Assembly (NCBI RefSeq): GCF_006345805.1
Contig: NC_043001.1
Span: forward strand, 15,810,001-15,874,000
Reading direction: 5' to 3'
Origin: Octopus sinensis
Lineage: Eukaryota
DNA length: 64,000 nucleotides
The number at the start of each line of letters is the position of its first letter. Within the stretch, counting starts at the first letter, position 1. This document shows positions 11,393-24,203 of this stretch, one piece after another. The position numbers and the translations under genes were made by a program. The notes under the pieces were generated by a model. It was not told the DNA's origin, did not search any database, and saw only the letters and a program-made list of their open reading frames with translations.

Positions 11393-11768
11393 TATATATA
11401 TACATATATATATATATATAGGCGATAATAAATGATGATGATAATGATGTAAATGTGGTTTGCATAAGGTGTTGTCATCATCATCATCATCAACAATTCT
11501 GTTAATATATCCTATAAGTCTATATTTATTACAGGAAAGAGAAAGTTGCCTTCTCTATCCAAGGAGGAAGAAAAGTGTCAGACAACAGAGATACTCAACC
11601 TTAAATTTAACCCTTTTTTTTTTTACAATATTTCTGCTGAAATATCCTGCTTTCGTTTCAATTAATTTCGAAAATAATATTTAGTGAAGTAACTGTTGTT
11701 AATAAGCTGGTATTTGGAACAAATTGACATGAATTTTTCATGGAAGATTTTAACGTAGGTCAATTTAA

Positions 11769-12406
11769 CCCTTTTGTTACCAAATTCCAGTTGAAATACC
11801 ATGCTTTCCTTTCAATTAATTTCGAAAATAATAAAGAATTTAGTAAAATAACTTATTAAAAAAGCTGATATTTGGGACAAAAATGAACACGAAATTTTGG
11901 TGGAAAGGTTTTAATTCACATCTCACCTAAAATTGTTAAATTGGGATCTTTTCGGTTTGAACGGCAGTTTTTTAAGATAATTTCCACGTAACTAAACACT
12001 TTTAAACTTCGTATACAGGTAGAATGTGTTTATAAAACATCTTTTTCTCTTGGCTTTATTGAGAAAATTCTATAGTTTGTAAGATAATTTGTTGTTTTTT
12101 TTTCTTCAATTTCTGCAATTTCAACCAATCAATGACATCTATTGAGGTGAAAACATTCTGTGCCGTATGAATATGTCCCTCGTTTAAGAAACAGATTGGG
12201 TTTATTTAACATTTCTGAAGAAAAAAAGATACCCTTCCCCCCACCCCTAACCCTAAAACAGATTGAAATGCAATAGATTGATACTAAGGTCATAATTATG
12301 AGAGACAATTTCATGTGACACTGCTAAAAAAAACTGCCGGTCAAACCGAAAAGATCCTTAAATTGTTATAAAACTAGATATTTTGAGCAGGTTGGTACCA
12401 ACAGGG
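11769..12406. mobile_element. piggyBac-like non-autonomous element (TTAA-CCC...GGG-TTAA) hosting a nested MITE
   Basis: Ends ttaa|cccttttgttaccaa and ttggtaccaacaggg|ttaa. A degenerate partial copy precedes it at about 11608-11764. Confidence 0.55.
11944..12357. mobile_element. MITE family M with 8-bp TSD
   Basis: TIRs ggatcttttcggtttgaacggcagttttt / aaaaactgccggtcaaaccgaaaagatcc. TSD ttaaattg at 11936-11943 and 12358-12365. Confidence 0.9.
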
Positions 12407-13127
12407 TTAAAAGTCTCTATAAAGACGGTATCGTTTATGCTCCTTGGTTAGTCTTGACTGAACAAGACTTATGATTGAGGTCATTCTGGTTATGACTATT
12501 CGGGACTACTGAAAAATCCTTCTTTCAACATGGTTGCATGCATATGGATATGAGGTTGATTTAGATACCATTCTTAGCAGGCTGATTGTCCGCCGTTCAA
12601 GAATTTGAACCTGGAGATCTCCATTTCCAGCGACTTCGAGGGTCACCTCCCAGTGGTGTTGGGCGTCAACGAAGAGCCCTCAACTACAAGACGACCAAAG
12701 TTTTTTTTTTTAAGGTCTGGGGGTCTTTCGCCCCTAAGCCCTAGACAATCACCTAATCTCCCTTACCCATCTTGTTGCTTAACAACTGATTGTCCAATGT
12801 TTTAACATCAAGGACTTTTGTTGTTGCCATGGTGTTGGTTTAGTTGTCAGTTAATCCTAATCAAGCAAACTTATAATTAGAGACATTCTAGCTATGGCCA
12901 CCCTTCACGATCACATCATCCAATGTAGCGTTCATTTTGAAGAAGGTGAGGTGTGATTTGGAGATTTGTCTACTATTTCTAGCAAGCTCAGCAACCCCTT
13001 TAATGCAGCCCAACTGGCTCACTGATGTGCTTCATGAGGGTAGGGTGTGAACCTATGTCTTCTGAACAAAAGACGAAGACAGATGAAGGAACAACAAGCA
13101 GGTGTATTAGCTTAACGCTCAGGAAGA

Positions 13128-13427
13128 ATTTTGTTCCTTCTTGAGCCACACCTGGCTCATAGGGCATTTCCCAGTTTCCTTGGCGTATAGGTTCCCCACC
13201 TGGATGGGACGCCGGTCCATCGCAGGTGAGCTGCAAGATGCAGGAGGAAAGAGTGAGAGAAAGTTGTGACAAAAGATTCAGCAGAATTTCACCATTACCT
13301 TCTGCCAGAGCCACGTGGAGCTTAGGTGTTTTGCTCATAAACACACACATCGCCCGGTCTGAGATTCGAACCCGCGATCCCTTGACCACATGTCCGCTGC
13401 TCTAACCACCAGGCCATGTGCCTCCAC
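13128..13427 (-). mobile_element. SINE family B inserted into a decayed P1 element
   Basis: tRNA head at about 13355-13427. Flanking direct repeat ctcaggaaga on both sides. Confidence 0.8.
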
Positions 13428-14521
13428 ACTCAGGAAGACTGGTAAAGTCTTGGATATTTTGAGACTAGGTTTTTTTGATAGAAAGGGACGAGCGGGGAGA
13501 TAATGGAGATAGAAAAAATGTGTAGGGATTAACAGTTCAACATGATGTGTGTGCTTTCATGCCTGTCCACCCACCCCAACACTTGATAACAGGTGTTGGT
13601 TTGTTTACATCCCTGGAACTTTTTGATTCAGTAAAAGAGATTTGTTTGACTGAAACCTTCAAGTTAGTACCCCAGCATGGCCACAGTCCAATTACTGAAA
13701 CACGTTAAGCCTAAAATATTGTTGTAAGTCATCATTTGATGTCCATCATCTGATGAGCTGTGAAAAGTGGGTTGGGCAGAGTTAAATTAAATGACCCATG
13801 GTATATCGCTGGTATTGACTTCAGTTAATCCCAATGGCATCAAAGACAAAGTGAAACAATGAAATTAGAGAGAATTAGCAATGGTGGCCACAACTGAAAG
13901 CTAACGAAAATGATTATGTTAATTCTTGTTCTTTTGGCATTTATTAAGTGATATCATCATCATTTGATGTCCATTTTCCATGCTGACATGGGCCGGATGG
14001 TTTGATAGGAGTCGACCAGCTGGAGAGCTGCACCATGCTTCAATTTTCCGTTTTGGCATGGTTTCTATGGCTGGATGCCCTTTCAAATGCCAACCGTTTT
14101 ACAGAGTGCATTGGGTGCATTACACGTGGCACCAACACCATCATAGGATATATATATAATCTTTACTCTTTTACTTGTTTCAGCCATTTGACTGTGGCCA
14201 TGCTGGAGCACTGCCTTTAGTCAAGCAATGTTGGGGGGAACAAACACTGACACACAAACATATACATATATACGATGGGCTTCTTTCAGTTTCCGTCTAC
14301 CAAATCCACTCACAAGGTTTTGGTGTTCCCGAGGCTATAGTAGAAGGTGCAACACAGTTGGACTGAACCCAGAACCATGTAGTTGGGAAGTAAGCTTCTT
14401 ACCACACAGCCACAGTAAAAATTGAGTCATCACTAATGGTAACTGAGGGTGCTGAGGGAAATAAGTGATGATCAAATTTTACCTATATGGTTTCATATAT
14501 TGCACCTAGCCTTTATCAATT

Positions 14522-14556
<35 letters not shown>

Positions 14557-14747
14557 ATGCGTGTGGTTTGTTGTATTGGGAAAGACAACCAGTTGAAAAC
14601 CATTGTCAGCCCGAGGCTATAGTAGAAGACACTTGCCCAAGGTTCCACGCAGTGGGACTGAACCTGGAACCATGTGGCTTGTAAGCAAGCTACTTACCAT
14701 ACAGCCACTCCTCTGCCTATGTGTGTGTATATATATATATAATATCT

Positions 14748-14965
14748 TTAGTCCAAATTTACAGAAAACAAAAAGTGAAGAAAGGTGCAGGAACAACAAA
14801 CAGGTGTATTAGTTTTTAACACTTGGGAAGAATGGAAAAGTGTTTTACATTTCGAGCCTATGCTCTTCACCAGAAAGGATTAAGAAGAAAAAAAGGAGAG
14901 AGAATAAAAAAAAAAACGGAGAAAAAATGTGTTGGGAATAACGGTTCAATACGATGAACATGTGT
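14748..14965 (-). mobile_element. Family P1 Penelope-like mini-element
   Basis: Minus strand reads ttt-ctggtga-a-gagc-atag-gctc-gaaat-gta-aaa. Confidence 0.55.
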
Positions 14966-16520
14966 GTGTGTGTTTACACACTTAGTCTGTCATTGGGTAA
15001 TGATTGTAAGTGAGAATCACCTCCATACAAGCAGTTCTGTTCATTTCCAGTCTTTCGTGGAAAGCATGTTTGGACATGGGAAAATATTACCTTGCCTGGA
15101 AGCGAGTGTGGGTTGGCGACAAGAAAGGCATCTGGCCATAGGAAAAATTCTGTCTGACCCATGCAAGCACGGAAAAATGGACGTTAAATGGATGGTGATG
15201 AATAACTGTGCTACGTCACATACAAAACACAACAGACGGGAGATGAAACTGTATTAACGGTAAATACCGCAACAATGGCATGGATACCCTGGGGTATCAC
15301 TTCCCCAAAACATAAGGCCTTGCTTTACTATGCAACGGCCCAAGAATTGCTCACTTCTTTCACTTGGCTGTACGCCATTATACGTACACACACCGAAAGA
15401 TCGCAAGAAAATGTAATCTTCGATATGCTATTTATAATTAAATAGAAAATGGAATGGTCACGGCTGGAACGCCTTTGATTACCTAGTTGTTGTTCCGTAT
15501 CTGAACAACATTATTACCACAATCCGCTCGCGCCTCCACACCATAATCCCAACATTATCATGAAATACTATCAGACGCTCACATTAAATAAACAACATTA
15601 TAAGAAACAAACCAGCGAGGGCATTTTGACGTAGTCGCTCAATATGCTAGAAATAGCAGCCAGAGTGTTAAAAAACACGGGTGATTGTGTTTCTAGAGAG
15701 AATGTATTTACTTATTTCTATTCCTTGTTTTAGTCATTGGACTGCGGCCATGCTGGGGCACCGCCTTGACTGTCCTTTTATTATTATTATTAGTCTGATA
15801 CTTATTTTGGTATTCTATCGGAATTTTTTGCCGAACCGCTAAGTTCCGGGGACGTAAACAAATCAACACCGGTTGTCAAGCTACAGGGCCACACATACAT
15901 ACACACACACACACCAGGGCCTTCCATAGGTGGCAATCCTTGGAAACAACCGAGGTCTTGTTATTGTTTTGTCGAGTTAAACCGAAGGATTGCCCCACAG
16001 GTTTCTGTCAAAAAAAAAAAAAAATCAGTAAATCTATTCGCAAGACATTGGTCGACCCGGGGTTTTTTGTAGAAAAAAGCCGAGCAGTAGGACCGAACCT
16101 GGAACCTCGTGGTTACAAAGCGAACTTATCAACCACGCACTCATATCAGCGTCTACGGAAAGAAACTGATGCGTCGACCGAGAGTCGAACCCGAATCGGC
16201 AGCTTGGAAAATGACAATGCTGTCTGGAAAAAAAACGCACAGATAAAAAGGCAGTTGAATGTCTATGATCGTTGGTCTACTCGATCAAGACCAGCCTAGG
16301 GCTAAACAGCAATAACACGATCAACAGATAAGAGAAGTGTTGTGGAGGCAATATTCCTCTAATGCTATGGAGATAATGACATGACCAGCCTGTTACTGTA
16401 CAACACGTTAAGTAGGCGATAATACATCAACCTCATTCCATACACACATATACATAAATATATATATATATATAAATATACATACATACACACACATTAA
16501 TATATACATATATGGACAAA

Positions 16521-16580
<60 letters not shown>

Positions 16581-16681
16581 CAAATGACGTGCGCCTATAC
16601 ATACTTGTTACTTTAAATATATATTCATATATATTATATATATATATATACACGTACAACCATGCAAAAGGCATGTGCGTG

Positions 16682-16716
<35 letters not shown>

Positions 16717-17354
16717 CACGTACAACCATGCAAAAGGCATGTACGTATATATATATATATACATACATACATACATGCATATTTGTTATAAGTTATTTTA
16801 AACAGAGATATATAAATTCAGTGTGTGTGTATATATATATATACATTTTCTATATATTCATACATTTATATACGTACAATAACGCAAAATACATGTGCGT
16901 ATATACATGCATAACTATTTTACACACACACGCATACATGTGTGTGTATGTGCGAGTATTTAATTTGTGTATACATGCATGCATATATATTAGCTATTTT
17001 ACATGCACACACACACACATATGTACAACACCCACGCAATACATAGACATTTATAAATATATCCATGTGGATATACAATGTGTATACATACATATATTCA
17101 TCTATACATACACGTACAACACCCACGCAATGTAAACATATACACACGTATGTAAATATGTATATACATATTTAAATATGTATAGTTATTTAAATACATG
17201 TCTTCCTTGAGTTATACAAACACAGGCTATATACACAGATTATACGCACACACTAAACATTAGAAATACATGTACATGCATAGAATACTTGGGTAATGTG
17301 GACATATATTTTAAAGTCATATTACGAGTATATATACATATATACACACATACA

Positions 17355-17504
17355 CAGTGAAAGCCGCTTATTATTATAATAGATAATGATAGTTGTTATT
17401 TTGATCAAAATTTGTGTCCCGAAACTGTTTTCATAATGATCAACCGGTTATTGTTATCTTACAAGGTTTCGTTCCCCAGTGGTGATAATAAGCGGACTCC
17501 GTTG
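17355..17504. mobile_element. Tc1/pogo-like MITE (degenerate)
   Basis: Imperfect TIRs cagtgaaagccgcttattat / ataataagcggactccgttg. Confidence 0.5.
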
Positions 17505-18972
17505 TGTGTACGTGTGTATATAGGTACTACATATATATATTAAAACATAAACATAGGCGTATATATTTTGTTATAGGGGTAATTAAAAACACACCTCACC
17601 TTTTTTACGTATGATTTTTTCCCGCTATATATGTATGATGTATATTAAAAAATATATGTATATAGACACACGCAAAGATCGATATGAAAGTCTATATAGT
17701 TTTTTAAAGTTTCTTGCTGGTGTAACTTTTGGTTTTGATAATAATATATACACTTTCTTTTGTGGTTTAATTAATAATTATTATTTTCGACAAAGTCTCT
17801 CGTATTTTCCTTGGTGTTTGCAGTTTAAAATAAACCACTTGTGACAAAAAAACAGCGGAGACGTGAAACTAAACAATATATATATTTGTATTTTTCTGTC
17901 TACATCTATAGAGATTTCTGACTTGTTTTAATCAAGGCAAAACAATTGCTAAAATATATTTTCCCGTTTCTTCCACGTTTGCTTGTCTGTCTGTCTTCTT
18001 GGTAAAGCGTATAACAAATAAATTGTCTTCAGAATTCTCGTTAAGCGTTGTACAGTAAGTACCTAAACCTTTGAAAAAAAAATAGTTTTAAGGAGCTGTT
18101 TTTGCAGTGAGAGGGATAATATATATATATGTTATGTATGATAATGGGGCAGATGAAGAAATGGGAGCGAGAAACTTAAGGGCAGAAAGGGAGAACGGAG
18201 GGGGACACACACAAAAAGAGCTGTTTAGGCTAAGATGAGAGTCAACAAGTCCTGTCAACTAGTTTGAAAGTTAAATAGCTTAGCTGTGTTAGACTGCAGA
18301 GGTAAAATTTGAACTAGATAATGCTACCTTCAATTGTGTAGAAAAATGATTAAAACAGCCTATCTTTTTCTGTAGAGTATATATATATCACATACATATA
18401 TATATATATATAGCTATCTTTTATATTGTGTGTATATTTATAAAGTAAAGTATCCTACACGCGTGTGTGTATACATGTATATATATGACGTAAAGTATAT
18501 ATATTTTATTTGAAATATGAATGGTACACGTTTGTGTGTGTGTGTAAATATATATATATATTAGTCCCCGAGTACCCTCAGGCGAAACTCTGAGTAGCAA
18601 GAGACTAACTCACCTAAATTTAAATATTATTTCTAGGGTGGCACCGAATACTTTTTTTTTTTCCAACAGTCAACACGAAACGGATATATATGCTCATAAA
18701 CCTGCGTAAGTGTTGTATACGAGGTCAGTTCAGAGATATTTTTATATATATATTTATATTAACAAGGAAAATAATAAGGTTAAGCTAGATTTAATAAACT
18801 ATTAAAATATTAATGTCAAATAGCATAAAAAAAATTATTATAATTATTCAGCTTGGTTATAAAACAATTTTTGTAAGGCAAGTGTGTTTGCCAAATAATT
18901 ATAAATGTGATATTTTGTTTGAAAAAAAAAACACCTTATTAATAGAGGTGTATATATATATAATTAATGCGG

Positions 18973-19004
<32 letters not shown>

Positions 19005-19954
19005 CTCTATGGGTGAATGAATGAGGAGAGGGTGAGTTTGTGAGGAAACTTGAGGAACTAGAAAAGAAAAAGATATTTGAGGAGAGAATATTATGGAGAG
19101 AGAAGCGGAGTTGGAGGGGATTTTGCTACCGTCTTGCAGAGCAAGTTGCAGACTTGAGCCGAAGAGAGTTTGGTAAATTCACACATAGATGTTAAACAGA
19201 TAGACACACACATTTATATACGTATATATATTTTATAATATAATATATATATATATTATATATATATATATATATATGTTTGTGTTTGTGTCACTATATA
19301 AGGGAGAGAGAATGCATTTACGTAGACGAAAGAAAATTATTTGTGTGTGAGTGAGAGAGGGAGAAAGGAAGGAAGGAAAATGTTTGGTGTATGTAGATGG
19401 ATATAAATGTATGTAAATGTATGTATGTATGTGCGCGTAATATTTCTCTTGTTGTTGTTATTAAAGTTCTCCTTGCTCAATCTTACTGTTTTCTTCTCTT
19501 CCTTTTTCCTCAGTTCCTTTTTTAGATGATCCAAAAAATACAAAGTTTAAAGAAATTAACCAGTTTCCGCCGCCGCCTTCTTAAAAACACGCAACTTTTT
19601 TCAAGCCTTATCCAAAAAGTAATTTATGAATCCGAACTTCAAGCGTAACCGAAACACGAATACAAGCTTCGCTCTAATTGGTCATCTTTGTTTACAAACA
19701 CCAGTCGGGCGGAGCCAGCACCTAACAGCTATTGTTAAAGGCCCGCTGATTAGTCGATTGTTATTTTTAATTAAGTAATAGGTGGGTCTTGCCAGCAACG
19801 GTCTCCGTATGAATATACATACATATATAGAATAAATGTATTTACTGTGTACACGCGTGTATACATGCGTACATACATACATACATACATGCAGGTATAC
19901 AGAGCAAATCTATATAATCATATATAATTTCTATTGCATAATATAATTATATAT

Positions 19955-20408
19955 CGGGCCGACCAATGCCTTGTGAGTTGATATGGTAGAGGGAAACTGA
20001 AAGAAGTCTGTCGTATGTGTGTGTGTGTTTGTGTGTCTGTGTTTGTTCCCCTAGCATTGCTTGACAACCGATGCTGATGTGTTTACGTCCCCGTCATTTA
20101 GCAGTTCCGCAAAAGAGACCGATAGAATAAGTACTGGGCTCACAAAGAATAGGTCCCGGGGTCGATTTGCTCGACTAAAGGCAGTGCTCCAGCATGGCCG
20201 CAGTCAAATGACTGAAACAGGTAAAAGAGTATATGTGTATGTATATATGTATGTGTGCAGGAGTGGCTGTGTGGTAAGAAACTTGCTTCCCAACCACATG
20301 GTTCGGGTTTCAGTCCCACCGCGTGGCACCTTGGGTAAGTAGTCTTCTACTACAGCCTTGGGCCGACCAAAATCTTATGAGTGGACGGAAACTGAAAGAA
20401 GCCCGTCG

Positions 20409-20448
<40 letters not shown>

Positions 20449-20606
20449 ATAGGCGCAGGAATGGCTGTATGGTAAGTAGCTTGCCCACCAACCACGGGTT
20501 CAGTCCCACTGCGTGGCACCTTGGGCAAGTGTCTTCTACTATAGCCTCGGGCCGGCCAAAGCCTTGTGAGTGGATTTGGTAGATGGAAACTGAAAGAAGC
20601 CCGTCC

Positions 20607-20645
<39 letters not shown>

Positions 20646-20730
20646 TTGTCTCCACAACATCGCTTGACAACCGATACTGGTGTGTTTATGTCCCCGTAAC
20701 TTAGCGGTTCGGCAAAAGAGACCGATAGAT
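19955..20730 (+). mobile_element. Cluster of three SINE family A copies (partial/tandem)
   Basis: Family-A segments at about 19955-20230, 20258-20410 and 20451-20730. Confidence 0.85.
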
Positions 20731-21237
20731 TAAGCTCTGTATGTGTGTGTGTGTGTGTGTGCATGCGTGCATGTTCGTGCTTGCGTGTGTGCGTGCAAAT
20801 GTGCTTCTGTATGTGTGTGTGTGTGTGCATGCACGTGTGTGTGCATGCATGTGTGTGTGTGTTTAGTGCGCGTGCACTTGCGTTTATTCTCTCCAGCGCT
20901 CGATAACCGATATTGGTTTGTTTACGTCTTCAGAAACTGAGCAGTTCAACTAATCGAGACCGACACAATAATAAGATCACGCTTAAAACAAGTAATAGGT
21001 TTGTTTCCTTCGATTTAGTCATCTCAGGGCGGTGCCCCAGCATGTCCGCAGACAAATACCTGAAACAAGTAAAATGTTGCAATAATATATTTCCGCATGC
21101 GCATGCACACACGCATACAAAGATATATATTTATTTTTTTTAATCTACAGAAGCTACAAAGTGACTTAAGAGCTGAGAGTTTCGTTCAAGACTCTTATCA
21201 CGAAACTATCGGCTCTTGAGTCACTATATATATATAT

Positions 21238-21277
<40 letters not shown>

Positions 21278-21281
<4 letters not shown>

Positions 21282-21550
21282 GGTAAAGACCCCCTTCGGT
21301 CATGAATGACCATGGGATTGCACCTAGAAAGTTACCCTCCCAGGCACAAGTCCGGGCAAGGTAGTTTATGGAAGACCAGCAGTCGCCCATGCATACCAGC
21401 CTCCCCTCTCCACACCACTGATGTTATCCAAGGGAAAGACAAAGGTCGATACAGCTTGGCACCAGTGATGTCGCAACTCATTTCTACAGTTGAGTGAACT
21501 GGAGCAACGTGAAATAAAGTGCCTTGCTCAATAACACAACACGCAGCCCG
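21278..21550 (-). mobile_element. SINE family E
   Basis: Homologous to 2887-3144. Confidence 0.75.
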
Positions 21551-21571
21551 ATATATATAAGGTCTTTCAAA

Positions 21572-21773
21572 ATGTGACCTCGTGTGTACCGTTGGCGATT
21601 TTTTTTCCTCTGTCTTCCCTTCTTTCCTTCTCCTATGTTTCCGACGAAGAGCTCCGCTCGAAACGTTAAACCCTCCTTCTTTCCTTCTTTCCTGAGCGTC
21701 CAATAATACTATATTTGTTCCACGTCCTCGCGTTGTTGTGTTTTCTCTTTGTGTTTTCATGTTTGGATTAACT
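21572..21773 (+). mobile_element. Family P1 Penelope-like mini-element
   Basis: gttt-CCGACGA-a-gagc-tcc-gctc-GAAAC-GTT-aaac (21637-21671). Ends in tttggattaac(TA)n. Confidence 0.6.
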
Positions 21774-21819
21774 ATATATATATATACACACACACTTTTT
21801 AAAATTACATCTGCAAGAA

Positions 21820-21925
21820 CATCGCAAAAACTGCTACTAAGAGTTTCCCGTTCCCGTTCGTCGGGCATTCTTGATCACAACCCTCCAATGAACGGGAACA
21901 TGAAACTGAATGGCAGTTTTTTTTT
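21820..21925. mobile_element. Penelope-like fragment related to 1-106, again as an inverted pair
   Basis: gagtttcccgttcccgttcgtcgg is shared with 18-41. A degenerate opposite copy gaacgggaacatgaaact lies at about 21890. Confidence 0.5.
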
Positions 21926-23119
21926 ATGATGTTCTTGCAGGCACTCAGTATTTTTTATAAGGCACTTTTTACCGGAAACTAAAATTCCGTCACACACGCA
22001 TACACACACATGCAGGGAGAAAGAAAAAGTAAAAGAGAGAAAGAGATCGGTAGCTAGATATATGTGTGTATCTGTGCTTGCATTATGTCTCCCACCACCG
22101 CTTGACAACTGGTGTTGGTTTTTTACGTCCGACAGAATATGCACCAAGCTTAAAATATAAGTGCTGCGATCCATTTGTTCGCTTAAACGCTTCAAGGCGG
22201 TACTACAGCATGGCTGCAGTCGAATAACAAGCAAGATAATAGACATACGAACTACATACATGTATGTATTAAGTGCGTGTGTTTGTGTGTGCGTGTAATA
22301 TGTAAATTGAAATGCCAATTCTTCAGGTATGTTTCTTCAGAAATGCAATAAAAATGCAATAAAAGTTTTCAAGTATGTCCTCATTTTGGAAAAAAATAAC
22401 TGACCTTTGATTATGTGAAAAATCCTTAAGAGATACTGATCATATAGAAATGCAACAAAGTTTCACGAGCTATGCATAGCTCAGGATATTTCATACCCCC
22501 AGCTATCGTCCTAAAAGAACGAAAAAACCCCAGAAAGAACGAATCAGATCTTCTATCTAAATATCAGATCAGATAACTTCACTAAATGTCGCCACTTCGA
22601 CAAGTATCTCATTGATTCATTGGAAAAAATCATAGTAAAATCAGATTGAATAAATCAATACTTGAGTATTTACCCCAAACAATTACCCTTTGTCTCGGTT
22701 TCAATGCATTAACAGACACTCCTGACTTCATAATATGTTTGACTCAAGAGTCTTTGATGTTTTCAAGTCAGAATCATTCTAAATGTATTTCCGGATTATA
22801 CGATATCTCAATATCAACATTATTCACCCGAAATGTAATCACTATTTCTCTCTTAAGTTTTAGCACATAAAATAGACGCTCGTGATCTCTCTATAATCTA
22901 TAATAATACTTCATATTTGGCAGGTAAGGTTTTCAAACCATTATCGTTTCATACGCTCTCCTACATACTAGTCTCTCATTTATCCTCCTCTCTTCTTCTA
23001 CATATACACACGTGCGCACTCTCACACATCGCGTATATGCATGTATATATTAAAATATGTGTATATGTGTGCGTGCTTGCGCGGGTATAATGAAAGCAAT
23101 GAGCACAAAATGAAAGACA

Positions 23120-23290
23120 CTGCCCATTCTTTTAACTCCATTCATTTTTCTTTCACTCTCCTCATACTTTTCTTTTACAGTTTTCCTCTGTTGAAGAACT
23201 AGCGTCCGAAACGTCAACATTTTCCCGAGCGTCAAACTAATACACTTGCTTGTTGTTCATACACCTGTCTTCGTCTTTTGTTTTACATAT
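23120..23290 (+). mobile_element. Family P1 Penelope-like mini-element (degenerate)
   Basis: ctgttga-a-gaac-tagc-gtcc-gaaac-gtc, then cccgagcgtcaaactaatacac. Confidence 0.5.
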
Positions 23291-23389
23291 TCACGCGCAA
23301 GCGTGTGTCACACACATAGACATACATGAATATATGCACATACATACACATAAACGCATATGTGTGTTGTACATATATAATAATATATA

Positions 23390-23440
<51 letters not shown>

Positions 23441-23459
23441 TATATATATAATAATCATG

Positions 23460-23773
23460 TGGAGGCGCAATGACTCAGTGGTTAGGGCAGCGAACGCGGA
23501 CTCGCGGTAGTAGGATCGCGGTTCGATTCCCAGACCGGGCGTTGTGAGTGTTTATTGAGCAAAAACAACTAAAAGCTCCACGAAGCTCCGGTAGGGGGTG
23601 GTGGTGATCCCTGCTGTACTCTTTCGCCCCAACTTTCTTTCACTCTTTCTTCTGTTGGCCTGCTCGCTTAGCCAGCGGGGTGGCGTCATTTGAAGGCTAA
23701 AACAATGCGAAGCGCATTGTGACCAGCGATGTGCAGCAATATCTGATAGCCTGGTCGGTCGCGTGATCACGTG
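23460..23773 (+). mobile_element. tRNA-derived SINE family B (distinct tail)
   Basis: ggaggcgcaatgactcagtggttagggcagc...ggttcgattcc head plus family B core. Confidence 0.85.
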
Positions 23774-24203
23774 ATATATAATCATATTGATTTCAAATTT
23801 TGGCAAAGGTTTGGTAGAGGAGGGGCTAAATCGATTGACTGGTATTTATTTTATCGACTCCGAAAAGATGAAAGGCAAAGTAGACTTCGGCAGAATTTGA
23901 AATCAGAACGTAAAGACGAACGAAATGCCGCTAAGCATTTCGCCCGTCGTGCTAACGATTCTGCCAGCTCAACGCCTTGACACATATGTATTTGTATTAC
24001 AACGGGATATTTTGTATCGCACCGGGACATATCTGTGTTCCTGCAAACATGCTGCCTTCAGTGAAGAACAGCCTGAAGCGTTATCAACGAAGAAAATATT
24101 AGATATAATAAATACAATGAATCAAAGAGATATATGAACGGCCGTCAGAGTAAAATGGCGTCGTAAGAAAATATCAGAGGTCTTCTCGTAGAATTCAAAT
24201 TTC

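Noticed and set aside
22560-22860. Possible minus-strand LINE RT remnant
   Set aside because: Too degenerate to support by eye.
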